This document shows, in pieces, positions 19,342-28,339 of a stretch of DNA of 64,000 bases. The first letter of the stretch is position 1; every line of letters begins with the position of its first letter. Source of the DNA: Candidatus Micrarchaeota archaeon CG10_big_fil_rev_8_21_14_0_10_45_29. Lineage in GTDB: Archaea; Micrarchaeota; Micrarchaeia; Anstonellales; Anstonellaceae. The DNA is taken from assembly GCA_002778455.1 (NCBI GenBank), contig PFCD01000019.1, positions 10,243-74,242 on the forward strand, written 5' to 3'. Below the pieces are notes generated by a model. That model did no database searches and was not told where the DNA came from. It saw nothing but the letters and a program-made list of their open reading frames with translations. A program made the position numbers and the translations under genes.

Positions 19342-19587
19342 TTATGTAAGAAGGGTTGTTGAGGAAAGTGCTATCATTTCCGCCGCGCCTGTTACTGCGG
19401 CAACTATTATACCCCCTATTATTATGCCTATTGCCAATGACTGCCATTTTCCGCGCGTGTGCGCCGGCTGGGTTTGCGCAAGCCCGTAGGTGAGCCCGCC
19501 TAATACGATAAGTATTACTGACACGTTTGGGCCTAAGGAAAGAAGGGTTGATTTTATGGATTCCACAAGGGATACTATGGATGCCAT
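19342..19587 (-). CDS. Small two-helix membrane protein (VirB2/TrbC/TedC-like hairpin architecture)
   Basis: 81 aa. Helix 1 is VSVILIVLGGLTYGL, followed by a short polar loop (QTQPAHTRGKW) and the Gly-rich helix 2 LAIGIIIGGIIVAAVTGAAEMI. Confidence 0.45.
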   Translation of the reverse strand: MASIVSLVESIKSTLLSLGPNVSVILIVLGGLTYGLAQTQPAHTRGKWQSLAIGIIIGGIIVAAVTGAAEMIALSSTTLLT

Positions 19588-19668
19588 GCTAAAGGGAGGA
19601 AAATAGCATATAATAACCTATCGCAAAGAAAAAGCCTGAGGCGGCAAGCCAGAGAAGGCGCAGGAAAT

Positions 19669-20190
19669 TTATTTTTCGGCCCTGCCCAAAACAACTACGA
19701 TTATTGCGCCCCCTATTATTGAGAGAATGGTGCATGCCACAACAAGCACTAAAAATGCTGCTCCGAGACCCGGAAGCTGCCCCAAATTATCAAGGATTGC
19801 GCCGCCAAACGGCTTGAATTCAGGGCTTGCGATGCCTGTTATTACAAGCACCAGCGAGCTGATCCCTGAGCCAAGAAGCGCGGATAAAAATGACACAAGG
19901 ATGCTTCCGCGCATTGAAAGGCGGGTTTCATCACGCACCTTCTCAAGTATAAGAGGCCCCACAATGCCTACAACTACGGGAAGAAGGCAAATTATAGGGA
20001 TATAGGATGCTGCAAACACGTCGTTTGTCTCCGAGAGGTTTGAATAAATGTTAAGCACTCCCGTGCCAAGCAAAAATACAAAGAGCACCACCGCGCCCGG
20101 AATTGAGGAAAATAAAACTTCGAGCGCCTTGCGCAGCATAGGGTGTTTCACAAATTTGAAAAGCCCTTTTTGCGAATTCTCAATATCCAT
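19669..20190 (-). CDS. Four-TM membrane protein, unknown function
   Basis: Four long hydrophobic segments, co-directional with the 81-aa gene. Confidence 0.5.
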   Translation of the reverse strand: MDIENSQKGLFKFVKHPMLRKALEVLFSSIPGAVVLFVFLLGTGVLNIYSNLSETNDVFAASYIPIICLLPVVVGIVGPLILEKVRDETRLSMRGSILVSFLSALLGSGISSLVLVITGIASPEFKPFGGAILDNLGQLPGLGAAFLVLVVACTILSIIGGAIIVVVLGRAEK

Positions 20191-20220
20191 AACATAACCT
20201 TTTTCTTAGCATTTAATAAA

Positions 20221-20934
20221 TTACCCTCTTTCCACGCTTAAAAAGCGGTCAAAATGTAGCTGGTAATCCTCCCCTTTTCTATCAATTCCTTTTTGGTAAT
20301 TCTCGCGAGAGTCTCGCATCACATGATAGCATGCCTCCCCGTATGCGACTTTTAGCTTAAGCAAATCCTCGCCCCCCACTTTTCCCACAGAGATGAGGCT
20401 GTAAAGGTCATCAAGTTGGGAGAGGGCGGTTTTGCCGGATGCGGTGAGCCTGGATTTGGAAATCCATGCCATCATCCTTCTAATAAAAATCATTACGGTG
20501 CGCCGCAGCGCCTCAAGCCTGCTCTGCTTTCTGCGCCCGGTTTTTCCTATAAGCCCTTGGTTAAAGTTATGGAGGGAGATGCGCTGGCTCATCTGCTCGC
20601 GCTTTTTTGCGCTTACAAAGCTCTGAGACGCTTTTGCAATGTCGGCTGAAACAAGGTGCGCCGAGAGAGCCTGCCTTGCGGCCTTTCTTTTTAAGGCGGA
20701 TTTTCGGCTGATGCGCGCATTTCTCCTCCTTGCGGCAAGCCTTATTTTTTTTGTTTGCGCAAGCGCCTTTTTTATAGAGGTTGAAACCCTTAGGCGCGCT
20801 TTCTTCGCATGCCTTGCGTCAGAGCGCACTGTTTTTCTCAGGCTTGAGCGCAGAGGCGACTTTGCCTTTATGGCGCGCATGGATTTCTCTGGAGAGAGCG
20901 CATAAGATTTTGAATATTTTCTCTGTGAAGCCAA
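20221..20934 (-). CDS. Highly basic hypothetical protein
   Basis: The N-terminal ~110 aa are K/R/S/A-rich (AKKARLRV...RLAARRRNARISRKSALKRKAARQ). The start is uncertain: TTG at 20934, first ATG at 20880. Confidence 0.4.
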   Translation of the reverse strand: MASQRKYSKSYALSPEKSMRAIKAKSPLRSSLRKTVRSDARHAKKARLRVSTSIKKALAQTKKIRLAARRRNARISRKSALKRKAARQALSAHLVSADIAKASQSFVSAKKREQMSQRISLHNFNQGLIGKTGRRKQSRLEALRRTVMIFIRRMMAWISKSRLTASGKTALSQLDDLYSLISVGKVGGEDLLKLKVAYGEACYHVMRDSRENYQKGIDRKGEDYQLHFDRFLSVERG

Positions 20935-21052
20935 CCCAACACCCCGATGATAAAAAAAGCAAGAGCAGGTATATAAACAAAACGGTTTTGCTAAAAAGCC
21001 GGCGGGGGTGGCGGGCGCTAATTGGAAAAACTCAAATTGGCTTGAAGAAATT

Positions 21053-22678
21053 TTATTGTGAAGTTTTCTCTTTTTGCCGCTTTAGGCATGCCTTTACAAA
21101 CGCAAGAAAGAGCGGAGCCGGCATCTCAAGCCGGCTTTTAAGCTCAGGGTGAGCCTGCGTTGCCACTCCCCAGCCATCTTTCCATTCAACCATCTCAACT
21201 ATTTTCCCGTCGGGGGAGCGCCCGGAAATTATAAGCCCGGCTTCCTCAAGGCGGGAGACAAATTCATCATTTACCTCAAGGCGGTGCCTGTGCCTCTCGC
21301 TTATTTTCTCGCATCCGTATGCATCGTGCGCTTTTGTTCCTTTTACAAGCTGGCAATCCCAGGCGCCAAGGCGCATTGTTGCGCCCTTCTCTTTTATGCT
21401 TTTTTGCTCTGGAAGCAAATCTATTACCGGGAAAGGGGTTGCCTTATCCATCTCGGTTGAGTGCGCGCCTTCCATTTTTGCGACGTTGCGCGCATATTCC
21501 ACAACACATAGCTGCAAGCCCAGGCACAAGCCTAAAAATGGAAGTGAATTTTTTCTTGCATAATTTATTGCCATTATTTTGCCTTCCACTCCGCGGGAGC
21601 CGAAACCGCCGGGCACTATTATGCCATCATATCCTCGCAAAAGCTCGTGCGGCTTTACATCAGTTCTCTCAAGCCTCTCAGTGTCAACAAATTCCGCTTT
21701 TACAAGGGTGTTGCTGGCAGCCGCAGAGTGCACAAGCGCCTCTTCTATGCTTACATACGCGTCTTTTACTGCGGTGTATTTGCCTGTTATTGCAATGCGA
21801 AGCTCGTTTTTTGGGGATTTTATTTTGGAAACAAGGTTTGTCCATGCGCGCATATCCCCGTTGCGCGGCTTTAGCGAGAGGTGGGAGAGAAGCCTGTGCG
21901 AGAAATTCTGCTTCTCAAGCACCAGGGGAAGCTCGTAAATTGTCGGCACAAGAGGGTCGTCAAATACATCCTCTGGCAAAACATTGCAAAACATTGATAT
22001 TTTCTCGCGCGCCTCTTTGCTTAATTTCTCATCCCCTCTGCACACTATCAGTTTAGGAGTTATGCCAAGGCTTGTGATAAGCCTGTTTGCATGCTGTGTT
22101 GGCTTTGTTTTCAGCTCGCCTTTTGAGAGGGATGGCACATAGGTAAGCTGCACAAAAAGCATATTTTCCCTCTCCTCCTGCCCCATCTGCCTCATTGCTT
22201 CTATAAAATAAGAATTTTCCAAATCCCCTACTGTGCCCCCCACCTCTATCATTACAAAATCGGCTTTTGTCTCCTCGCCCACTTTTCTTATCCATGCCTT
22301 TATCTCGTTTGTAAGATGGGGGACAATTTGCACGTCGCGCCCCAAATAGCCGCCACTTCTCTCTTTCTCTATTATTTTTTTGAAAAGCTTTCCCCCTGTT
22401 ATAGAGCTTGTGCCGCTAAGCCCGATGTTAAGAAATCTCTCATAAGTGCCAAAGTCCATGTCGCATTCTGTGCCGTCATCAAGCACAAACACTTCCCCGT
22501 GGCGCAAAGGGTTCATGGTGCCGCAGTCGACATTTAAGTAGCCGTCAAATTTTATGGGCGCCACGCTGTATCCGTCAGATTGCAAAAGCCTGCCAATGGA
22601 TGCGGAGAGGATGCCCTTGCCAAGCCCGGACATCATGGAGCCTAAGATAACAATATAGCGCGCCTTTTTCTCTGGCAT
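21053..22678 (-). CDS. pyrG: CTP synthase
   Basis: N-terminal synthetase domain (GSMMSGLGKGI) and C-terminal class I glutamine amidotransferase with GLCLGLQ. Confidence 0.95.
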   Translation of the reverse strand: MPEKKARYIVILGSMMSGLGKGILSASIGRLLQSDGYSVAPIKFDGYLNVDCGTMNPLRHGEVFVLDDGTECDMDFGTYERFLNIGLSGTSSITGGKLFKKIIEKERSGGYLGRDVQIVPHLTNEIKAWIRKVGEETKADFVMIEVGGTVGDLENSYFIEAMRQMGQEERENMLFVQLTYVPSLSKGELKTKPTQHANRLITSLGITPKLIVCRGDEKLSKEAREKISMFCNVLPEDVFDDPLVPTIYELPLVLEKQNFSHRLLSHLSLKPRNGDMRAWTNLVSKIKSPKNELRIAITGKYTAVKDAYVSIEEALVHSAAASNTLVKAEFVDTERLERTDVKPHELLRGYDGIIVPGGFGSRGVEGKIMAINYARKNSLPFLGLCLGLQLCVVEYARNVAKMEGAHSTEMDKATPFPVIDLLPEQKSIKEKGATMRLGAWDCQLVKGTKAHDAYGCEKISERHRHRLEVNDEFVSRLEEAGLIISGRSPDGKIVEMVEWKDGWGVATQAHPELKSRLEMPAPLFLAFVKACLKRQKEKTSQ

Positions 22679-22801
22679 AAATAAGTATAATGATTAAGGT
22701 TTAAATAGGTTGATTTAAGCCCGTATAAATAGCTTGAAATATTGGGGTTTGCCCCCTTTCGCAGTTTCGGTATTATTAACTTTTTGTTTTATATGTAACA
22801 T

Positions 22802-23476
22802 ATGGCAACTGTTGCGCACCTTGTGCAAAAATATGTAAGAGAGCACCCCAACCTTGAGCTTTTTATGCAAAAGGATTTGGTTTCTTTTCATCGGCTGGCG
22901 CGCTATATAAAGCCGGCAATAGAGGCTGAAAGCGGGGGAGAGGTGCAGGCAAGCTCTATTGTGATGGCGCTCTCGCGAATGCGCGAGAAAATGGGTGTGA
23001 AAGAGGAGGAGGGGCAAAAAAACCCTGGCTACAAATCATTGCAAATTTCTTTGCGCTCGGATGCTATGCAAATAGACATAAGAAAAGGGGCAAATACGCA
23101 AAAAAGGCTTATTGAGTTGCAAAAAATCGCCTCCAGCTCCCCGGAAGACGTGCTTAGCATCACGCAGAGCCAGCATGAGGCAAGCATTGTGCTCTCTCAA
23201 AAGCATGAGACAAAAGCCATTGCGGCGCTAAAGGGGGAGAAAATACTAAATATTGAGAAAAATCTCTCATTGCTTTTTTTGCGCTTTGGAGAGGACATTT
23301 TATACCAGCCCGGCTTTTTTGACAGGGTTATACGCGAGCTCTCATGGGAGGGAATAAATATTTTTCAGGTTATTTCCACCCTCACAGAGCTTATAGTGGT
23401 GCTAAAAGAAGAGCAGGCTTCCAAAGCTTATGAGGTGCTGCGGCGAAAGCTTAAAAAAAGGGCTGAAAAAGTCTAA
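22802..23476 (+). CDS. Hypothetical protein with C-terminal ACT-like domain
   Basis: The C-terminus (FFDRVIRELSWEGINIFQVISTLTELIVVLKEE) resembles an ACT fold. The assignment is weak. Confidence 0.4.
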   Translation: MATVAHLVQKYVREHPNLELFMQKDLVSFHRLARYIKPAIEAESGGEVQASSIVMALSRMREKMGVKEEEGQKNPGYKSLQISLRSDAMQIDIRKGANTQKRLIELQKIASSSPEDVLSITQSQHEASIVLSQKHETKAIAALKGEKILNIEKNLSLLFLRFGEDILYQPGFFDRVIRELSWEGINIFQVISTLTELIVVLKEEQASKAYEVLRRKLKKRAEKV

Positions 23477-23519
23477 AGCCGGCAGCCGCAGCGGAGGAGA
23501 AAATGCGCTTTGGGGCGTT

Positions 23520-24026
23520 ATGCTTAAAAATAACACGGCTAAAAGATTTTTGGTTTCTATGTCTATGCCTGAGAGCTCCCTTATACGCCAGGAGCATGTT
23601 GTGCGCGATATGCAATTGCTTGGAGAAGTAAAGCTTACCCGCAGGGCTCTTGTAAGGTATTTGGCGCTCTCTTTGGGGCTTATTTCGCCTAATGAGACGC
23701 GCACTTTGATGCTTGATATTTTTGAAGGGCTTCTAAAGGCGCATTTTGCGCAGGAAGAGCCGGATATTCACCGCCTCATGAATTTGATAAATTCTGTGAG
23801 AAAAAAAGAAGACCCCGCGCAGGTAAAGGCGGTAAGATACCATTTGCACCAGCTAAAAGAGAGGGGCATTTTAACAAGAAAGGCGGGAAGGTATAAATTT
23901 TCCCTTCCTCCCATGGCAGAGAGCAACGACTTGGGGGAGGCTTTGCAGTATTTGTATTTGACAAACACCAAGAATGCTTTTGAGAAAGTGAAAAAGGCGA
24001 TAAACTCTTTGCAGACGATGTATTAG
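23520..24026 (+). CDS. Winged-helix DNA-binding protein (putative transcriptional regulator)
   Basis: VRYHLHQLKERGILTRKAGRYKF is a wHTH recognition helix plus wing. I trimmed the ORF to ATG 23520 because the track start overlaps the previous gene. Confidence 0.5.
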   Translation: MLKNNTAKRFLVSMSMPESSLIRQEHVVRDMQLLGEVKLTRRALVRYLALSLGLISPNETRTLMLDIFEGLLKAHFAQEEPDIHRLMNLINSVRKKEDPAQVKAVRYHLHQLKERGILTRKAGRYKFSLPPMAESNDLGEALQYLYLTNTKNAFEKVKKAINSLQTMY

Positions 24027-24103
24027 AAACCTTTTTTTAAAAAGATTTTTCTTGTGGCAGGTTAAAATAACTTTATAATGCAAATAGTTTTACAGGTTTT
24101 ATT

Positions 24104-24970
24104 ATGGCATGTTTGAGAAAAAGTTTGCCTGGCTCAGTTTTATTTTCAACTGAAAATGAGGCGTCGCTAAATATTATTTCGCATCTGCAAAAGGATTGGA
24201 AATGGAAAAAAATAAATGAGAAATTATTTTCTTTTTCAGCATGCGGCAAGGAAAAATGCTGCTCAGGGCTTAAGGCATACGGGTTTGAAGCACCCATACT
24301 TGATATTGAGCCTCCTGAAGGAGCTGGTGCGGATTATTTTTTGTATGCAAGCACCCACAAAAGCGAGAAAGGCGAGCCGTCTCTTACAGCGCATTTTTGC
24401 GGCAACTGGGCAAAGGCGGATTTTGGGGGTGAAGAGGGCACCCTCAACGTTGCGTATGCATGCAAATTAAAGCAAATATTAAAATTGCTAAAAGAAGGGG
24501 CGCAAAAAGAGGGGCTTGGGTGGAATGTCTGCATGGAAGTTGACCATCACGGGCCGACGCCGCAGGGAGGGAAATTTTCCCTCATATTTGTTGAAATCGG
24601 CTCAACTCAAAAAGAGTGGACGGATGGGAAGGCGGGCAAAATTGCTGCATCTGCAATAATGAAATCCCTTGTGCGCCCTGCGCCTGCACATAAAACTTAT
24701 TTGGGAATAGGCGGCGGGCATTATGCGCCCAAATTTACGCAATACATGCTTGGGGAGAGAAAATTAAACGGAGAGGAAATTGCGATAGGGCACATACTGC
24801 CAAAATACAGGGTTGATGAAATAGATGAGGGCATGATTTTGCGGGCGATTGAGAAAAGTGTGGAGAGAGTTGAGGGGGCGCTTATTGACTGGAAAGGGCT
24901 GGGAAAGGGGCAGCGGGATAAGATAATTTCTATTTTAGAAAAAAACAAAATAAAGTGGGAAAGGGCTTGA
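24104..24970 (+). CDS. dtdA: D-aminoacyl-tRNA deacylase, archaeal type (DtdA)
   Basis: EVDHHGPT...FVEIGSTQKEW and GIGGGHYAPKF match DtdA family motifs. Confidence 0.8.
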   Translation: MACLRKSLPGSVLFSTENEASLNIISHLQKDWKWKKINEKLFSFSACGKEKCCSGLKAYGFEAPILDIEPPEGAGADYFLYASTHKSEKGEPSLTAHFCGNWAKADFGGEEGTLNVAYACKLKQILKLLKEGAQKEGLGWNVCMEVDHHGPTPQGGKFSLIFVEIGSTQKEWTDGKAGKIAASAIMKSLVRPAPAHKTYLGIGGGHYAPKFTQYMLGERKLNGEEIAIGHILPKYRVDEIDEGMILRAIEKSVERVEGALIDWKGLGKGQRDKIISILEKNKIKWERA

Positions 24971-25044
24971 GAGTTGTTTGCGCTTTTTAGAAAAGATAGC
25001 AAATGAGTATTAGTTCGAAAGAAAAAAATATTTCGCAAGAAAAC

Positions 25045-25260
25045 CTAATCCTCTTTGCCGTTTGTGCTGAATTTGAAAGGATAGTAAAGCAGGCACACTT
25101 TCAAAAACGCGGTAAAGAGCAAAAGCACCCCTATAAATAGGAGAAAATAGGAGTAAGGGGCTTTTACCATTCCCATCGCAAAAGCAAATATTGCAACTAC
25201 CCCCAACGCCGCGCGCACAGCCCTGTCAAGAGAGCCTATGTTTTTTTTAAAGTTCATCAT
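25045..25260 (-). CDS. DUF2892 (YgaP-like) small membrane protein
   Basis: NIGSLDRAVRAALGV followed by two hydrophobic helices. Confidence 0.6.
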   Translation of the reverse strand: MMNFKKNIGSLDRAVRAALGVVAIFAFAMGMVKAPYSYFLLFIGVLLLFTAFLKVCLLYYPFKFSTNGKED

Positions 25261-25370
25261 GCAACACCCAAAACACTATGCAAAACCCACGCATGCGCCG
25301 CTTATAAATTTGCGTGGCTGCAAATAAATTTGAAAAACAGGGGGCGGATGGAAGTTGCTGGCTTTTCTCT

Positions 25371-26168
25371 TTATACTCCTGCAAAAAAGTCAAGGGCAAG
25401 CTTTATTGCAAGCAATATAAGCAAGAATGGGAACGCGCGGGTTATCATCGGGCTGCTTACTTTGCCGCTTGAGAAAAGGTGTGAGCCTGCCAGGGCGCCG
25501 ATAAGCGCCGCGGCGCCAACTGCCCCCAACAGGGGAAAATTTGCCTTGCCGTATGCAAGATGGTTTGAGAGGCTGAAAATAGAGCCGAAGAAGGTGCATG
25601 CGACAGATATTATTGCGGCTCGCCTTGCAAACATTCCATTCATTATAAGTGCAGGCACTATGAATACTCCGCCTCCGATGCCAAGTATGCCGTTTGCAAG
25701 CCCTGCTATTATTCCCACAAGAGCAAGCACAAGTGTTGAGGAGAATTTGCCTGCGTTGATATTCTGCACTTTGGAGGCGCCGCCCTGCGCGTCTTTTGCT
25801 TTTTCCCCCTCTTTTAGCATGAAAAATGAGCATGCAAATAAGGAGAGCGAGAAAAGCCCGACAAGTATTTGTGAGCTTAGCATGTTGGAAATAAAGACGC
25901 CTGCGGGAATTGCAAAAAGCATTCCCAAAAGAATGGAGAGAGCGTCTTTCAAATCCCTGAATTTGAAAAGCCCCCCTTTTGCAAAAATAATAGTTGCCAC
26001 TCCGGTGGAGACGATGTTGATAAACAGCCCGGCAATTATTGCCTCTTTTATGCCTATTCCGAGGGTGGCAAATATGGGGACAAACACGGATGCGCCGCCT
26101 ATGCCAAATACAACAAAAAAGCCTGAGAAAAAAAGAACTATTAATGCAGGGGCGAGAATTTGCTCCAT
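25371..26168 (-). CDS. TauE/SafE (TSUP) family anion exporter
   Basis: About 8 TM helices with Gly-rich repeats (GIGGASVFVP, GIGGGVFIVPAL). Confidence 0.8.
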   Translation of the reverse strand: MEQILAPALIVLFFSGFFVVFGIGGASVFVPIFATLGIGIKEAIIAGLFINIVSTGVATIIFAKGGLFKFRDLKDALSILLGMLFAIPAGVFISNMLSSQILVGLFSLSLFACSFFMLKEGEKAKDAQGGASKVQNINAGKFSSTLVLALVGIIAGLANGILGIGGGVFIVPALIMNGMFARRAAIISVACTFFGSIFSLSNHLAYGKANFPLLGAVGAAALIGALAGSHLFSSGKVSSPMITRAFPFLLILLAIKLALDFFAGV

Positions 26169-27065
26169 TTACATCCCTTTAAGCGCCTTTATTCTCGCAT
26201 CAAGCGGAGGGTGGGTGGAAAAAAGATGGGATACTGACGTGAAAAATGACTTTTTCTCCCCTGCGCCTGAAGGGTCGGATATAAAGAGGGGGGCGGTGGC
26301 GTCATTTGCTTTTTTTAGCGCGGGCGAGCCTTTTAGCTTCTCAAGCGCGGATGCAAGCCCGCCGGGGTTTCGTGTAAGCTGGGCGGCAGAGGCATCTGCC
26401 AAAAATTCCCTTTTTCTTGAAATTGCAAGGCGCACCAGCTGTGCCATGAGAGGCCCGAATATAACAAGAAATATGCCGATAATTAAAAGAAGCCCGTTTT
26501 TGCCTCCCCTATCATTTCCCCTTCCAAACCAAAACATGCGCCCCATCATTTCCGCAATTATGGAAATAAGCCCTACAAGCACCACTACCGCAGTCATGAA
26601 TTTTATGTCAAAGTTTTTTATATGAGACATTTCATGCGCTATTACCCCTTCAATTTCAGAGCGGTTCATTTTTTGCATAAGGCCTGTTGTAACCGCGATT
26701 GAGGCATGCTTTGGGTCCCGCCCGGTTGCAAATGCGTTTGGAGAGGAATCATTCATTACATATAATTTTGGGGTTGGAATTCCTGCCGCCAAAGAAAGCC
26801 CTTCGCACACATTATTTAGATAAGTAAAATCTTTGCCTTCTGCCAGTTTTGCCCCGGATGCTGATAATACTATTTTGTCTCCGTAATAATAGCCCCCTAT
26901 TGAATAAATTAAAGAAAGGGCTATTGCGAAGGGAAATATCCATGAGCCGCCGTCGAAAATATAGCCCGCGAACCAGACAAGCACTATTACTATGGGAATC
27001 ATTGCGCCCACAAGCGCGTATGAATAGAGCTTGTTTTTTCTTTGTATATCCCAAAAGCTTGCCAT
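26169..27065 (-). CDS. htpX: Zinc metalloprotease HtpX (M48)
   Basis: HEMSHIKN (HExxH), TM helices and a C-terminal STHPPLDARI. The start is placed at ATG 27065; the longer track ORF (to 27149) would overlap lemA. Confidence 0.85.
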   Translation of the reverse strand: MASFWDIQRKNKLYSYALVGAMIPIVIVLVWFAGYIFDGGSWIFPFAIALSLIYSIGGYYYGDKIVLSASGAKLAEGKDFTYLNNVCEGLSLAAGIPTPKLYVMNDSSPNAFATGRDPKHASIAVTTGLMQKMNRSEIEGVIAHEMSHIKNFDIKFMTAVVVLVGLISIIAEMMGRMFWFGRGNDRGGKNGLLLIIGIFLVIFGPLMAQLVRLAISRKREFLADASAAQLTRNPGGLASALEKLKGSPALKKANDATAPLFISDPSGAGEKKSFFTSVSHLFSTHPPLDARIKALKGM

Positions 27066-27141
27066 AAATACAACTGCTATGAAATTTTCATTCTCTTTTA
27101 TTGCAATGCCTAAAATGCAAATATAAGCAAAAAAGGCAAGC

Positions 27142-27693
27142 TTAGTCAAATTTTACTTTGACCGCCTCTCTTGCCCCTTTTTCTGCCTTGAAATATTCGG
27201 ACATTTTAAAGCCGAGCATGTTTGCAATTAATACTTCTGGCAGGTGCTGAATTTTTGTATTGTATTCAAGCACAGAGTCGTTGTAAAATTGCCTTGCATA
27301 CGCAACCTTTGATTCTATTCCTTCCAGCTGCTCCTGTAAAAGCTTGAAATTCTCGCTTGCCTGCAATTTTGGGTAATTTTCCGCCACCGCAAAAAGGCTT
27401 TTTAGCGCGCCGGTAAACATGTTATCGGCTTTTGCCTTCTCGCCTACTGTTTGCGCCCCCATGGCGGCGGTTCTTGCCTTTGTGATGTTTGTAAATACGG
27501 TTTTCTCATGCTTTGCATATCCTTTTACGGTTTCCACTAAATTTGGGACAAGCTCGTATCTTTTTGTGAGCTGCACGTCTATTTGCGACCATGCGTTATT
27601 GACGCGCGCTCGCAGGGTTATGAGCCCGTTATACATAAATACAAGCGCTATGACTATGAGAATAATGAGCCCTATTAGCAAGATATCCAGCAT
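27142..27693 (-). CDS. lemA: LemA family protein
   Basis: N-terminal TM helix, then [29 protein letters not shown]. The LemA-HtpX pairing is common. Confidence 0.85.
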   Translation of the reverse strand: MLDILLIGLIILIVIALVFMYNGLITLRARVNNAWSQIDVQLTKRYELVPNLVETVKGYAKHEKTVFTNITKARTAAMGAQTVGEKAKADNMFTGALKSLFAVAENYPKLQASENFKLLQEQLEGIESKVAYARQFYNDSVLEYNTKIQHLPEVLIANMLGFKMSEYFKAEKGAREAVKVKFD

Positions 27694-27749
27694 TTTACCA
27701 CCGTAATAAAAGAAGAGTTTTGCAAGTTAATAAACCTATTATTACATAA

Positions 27750-27818
27750 GCCGCAGGGAGGGATTTCACCCCTCGCCCAAAGTGCTTTGTAGGATTTAAT
27801 CCGGTCCCGCCCCGCGGC
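27750..27818. other. GC-rich imperfect inverted repeat (structured element or terminator-like)
   Basis: Read on the minus strand, GCCGCGGGGCGGG...CCCTCCCTGCGGC gives terminal arms of 13 nt that pair with 2 non-Watson-Crick positions, plus internal short stems. It lies between the 140-aa gene and lemA. Confidence 0.35.
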
Positions 27819-27826
27819 AAAAACGC

Positions 27827-28249
27827 TTATTTTTTAGACGGGTTTTTCCACTCGCCTGTTGTTGGGTTGTAAGAGAGCGTGTCGTTTAGCTGAATAAAGC
27901 CGTTTGAAGTGTCAATTTTGATTATTTGCTCTTGCAGGGGATTGCGGCTTGAGAGAGAGGTGTCAATTCCTTTTATAGCCTCTTTTTTTGGAAGGGGCGG
28001 ATAGTTCTTTGAGTAAAGAGTATCGTGCCTGCGCTTGCTAACTTCCCCCCCTGTTTTTGGCTTGGAATCCTTGGAATATACTGTATCCATTAGGCGCACT
28101 TTAGAATCTGTTTTGAGTGTGTCGGGTGGAAGCTTTGCTAAAGTAAAATTTCCTCCGATAAGCATAGCCGCCCCTACAAATATCCCTGTTGCCTTTTGCA
28201 TTAAATTGCTTTTGTTTTGCATTTTTTGCGCCATAAATATAACCCCCAT
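27827..28249 (-). CDS. Small secreted or anchored hypothetical protein
   Basis: An N-terminal hydrophobic segment (GIFVGAAMLIGGNFTLA) is followed by a polar K/P/T/S-rich region. Confidence 0.4.
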   Translation of the reverse strand: MGVIFMAQKMQNKSNLMQKATGIFVGAAMLIGGNFTLAKLPPDTLKTDSKVRLMDTVYSKDSKPKTGGEVSKRRHDTLYSKNYPPLPKKEAIKGIDTSLSSRNPLQEQIIKIDTSNGFIQLNDTLSYNPTTGEWKNPSKK

Positions 28250-28339
28250 TAATACCCTTATTTATACACTAATATACACATTTAGAGTATATAAAGCTTT
28301 CGCTCAATGAAAAATAAGAAAAAGAGGGGGAAAAGCCCT

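Noticed and set aside
25330-26625. 431-aa plus-strand ORF spanning the TSUP and htpX loci
   Set aside because: It lies antisense to two well-supported minus-strand genes with clear family motifs (TauE/SafE repeats; HExxH). Its translation is low-complexity (P/A/S/I-rich) with no recognisable domain, so it is a shadow ORF.
27750-27818. Possible tRNA gene
   Set aside because: Only acceptor-like and T-arm-like pairings can be drawn. There is no D-arm or anticodon arm, the element is only 69 nt, and the T-loop is non-canonical. I kept it as a structured element, not a tRNA.
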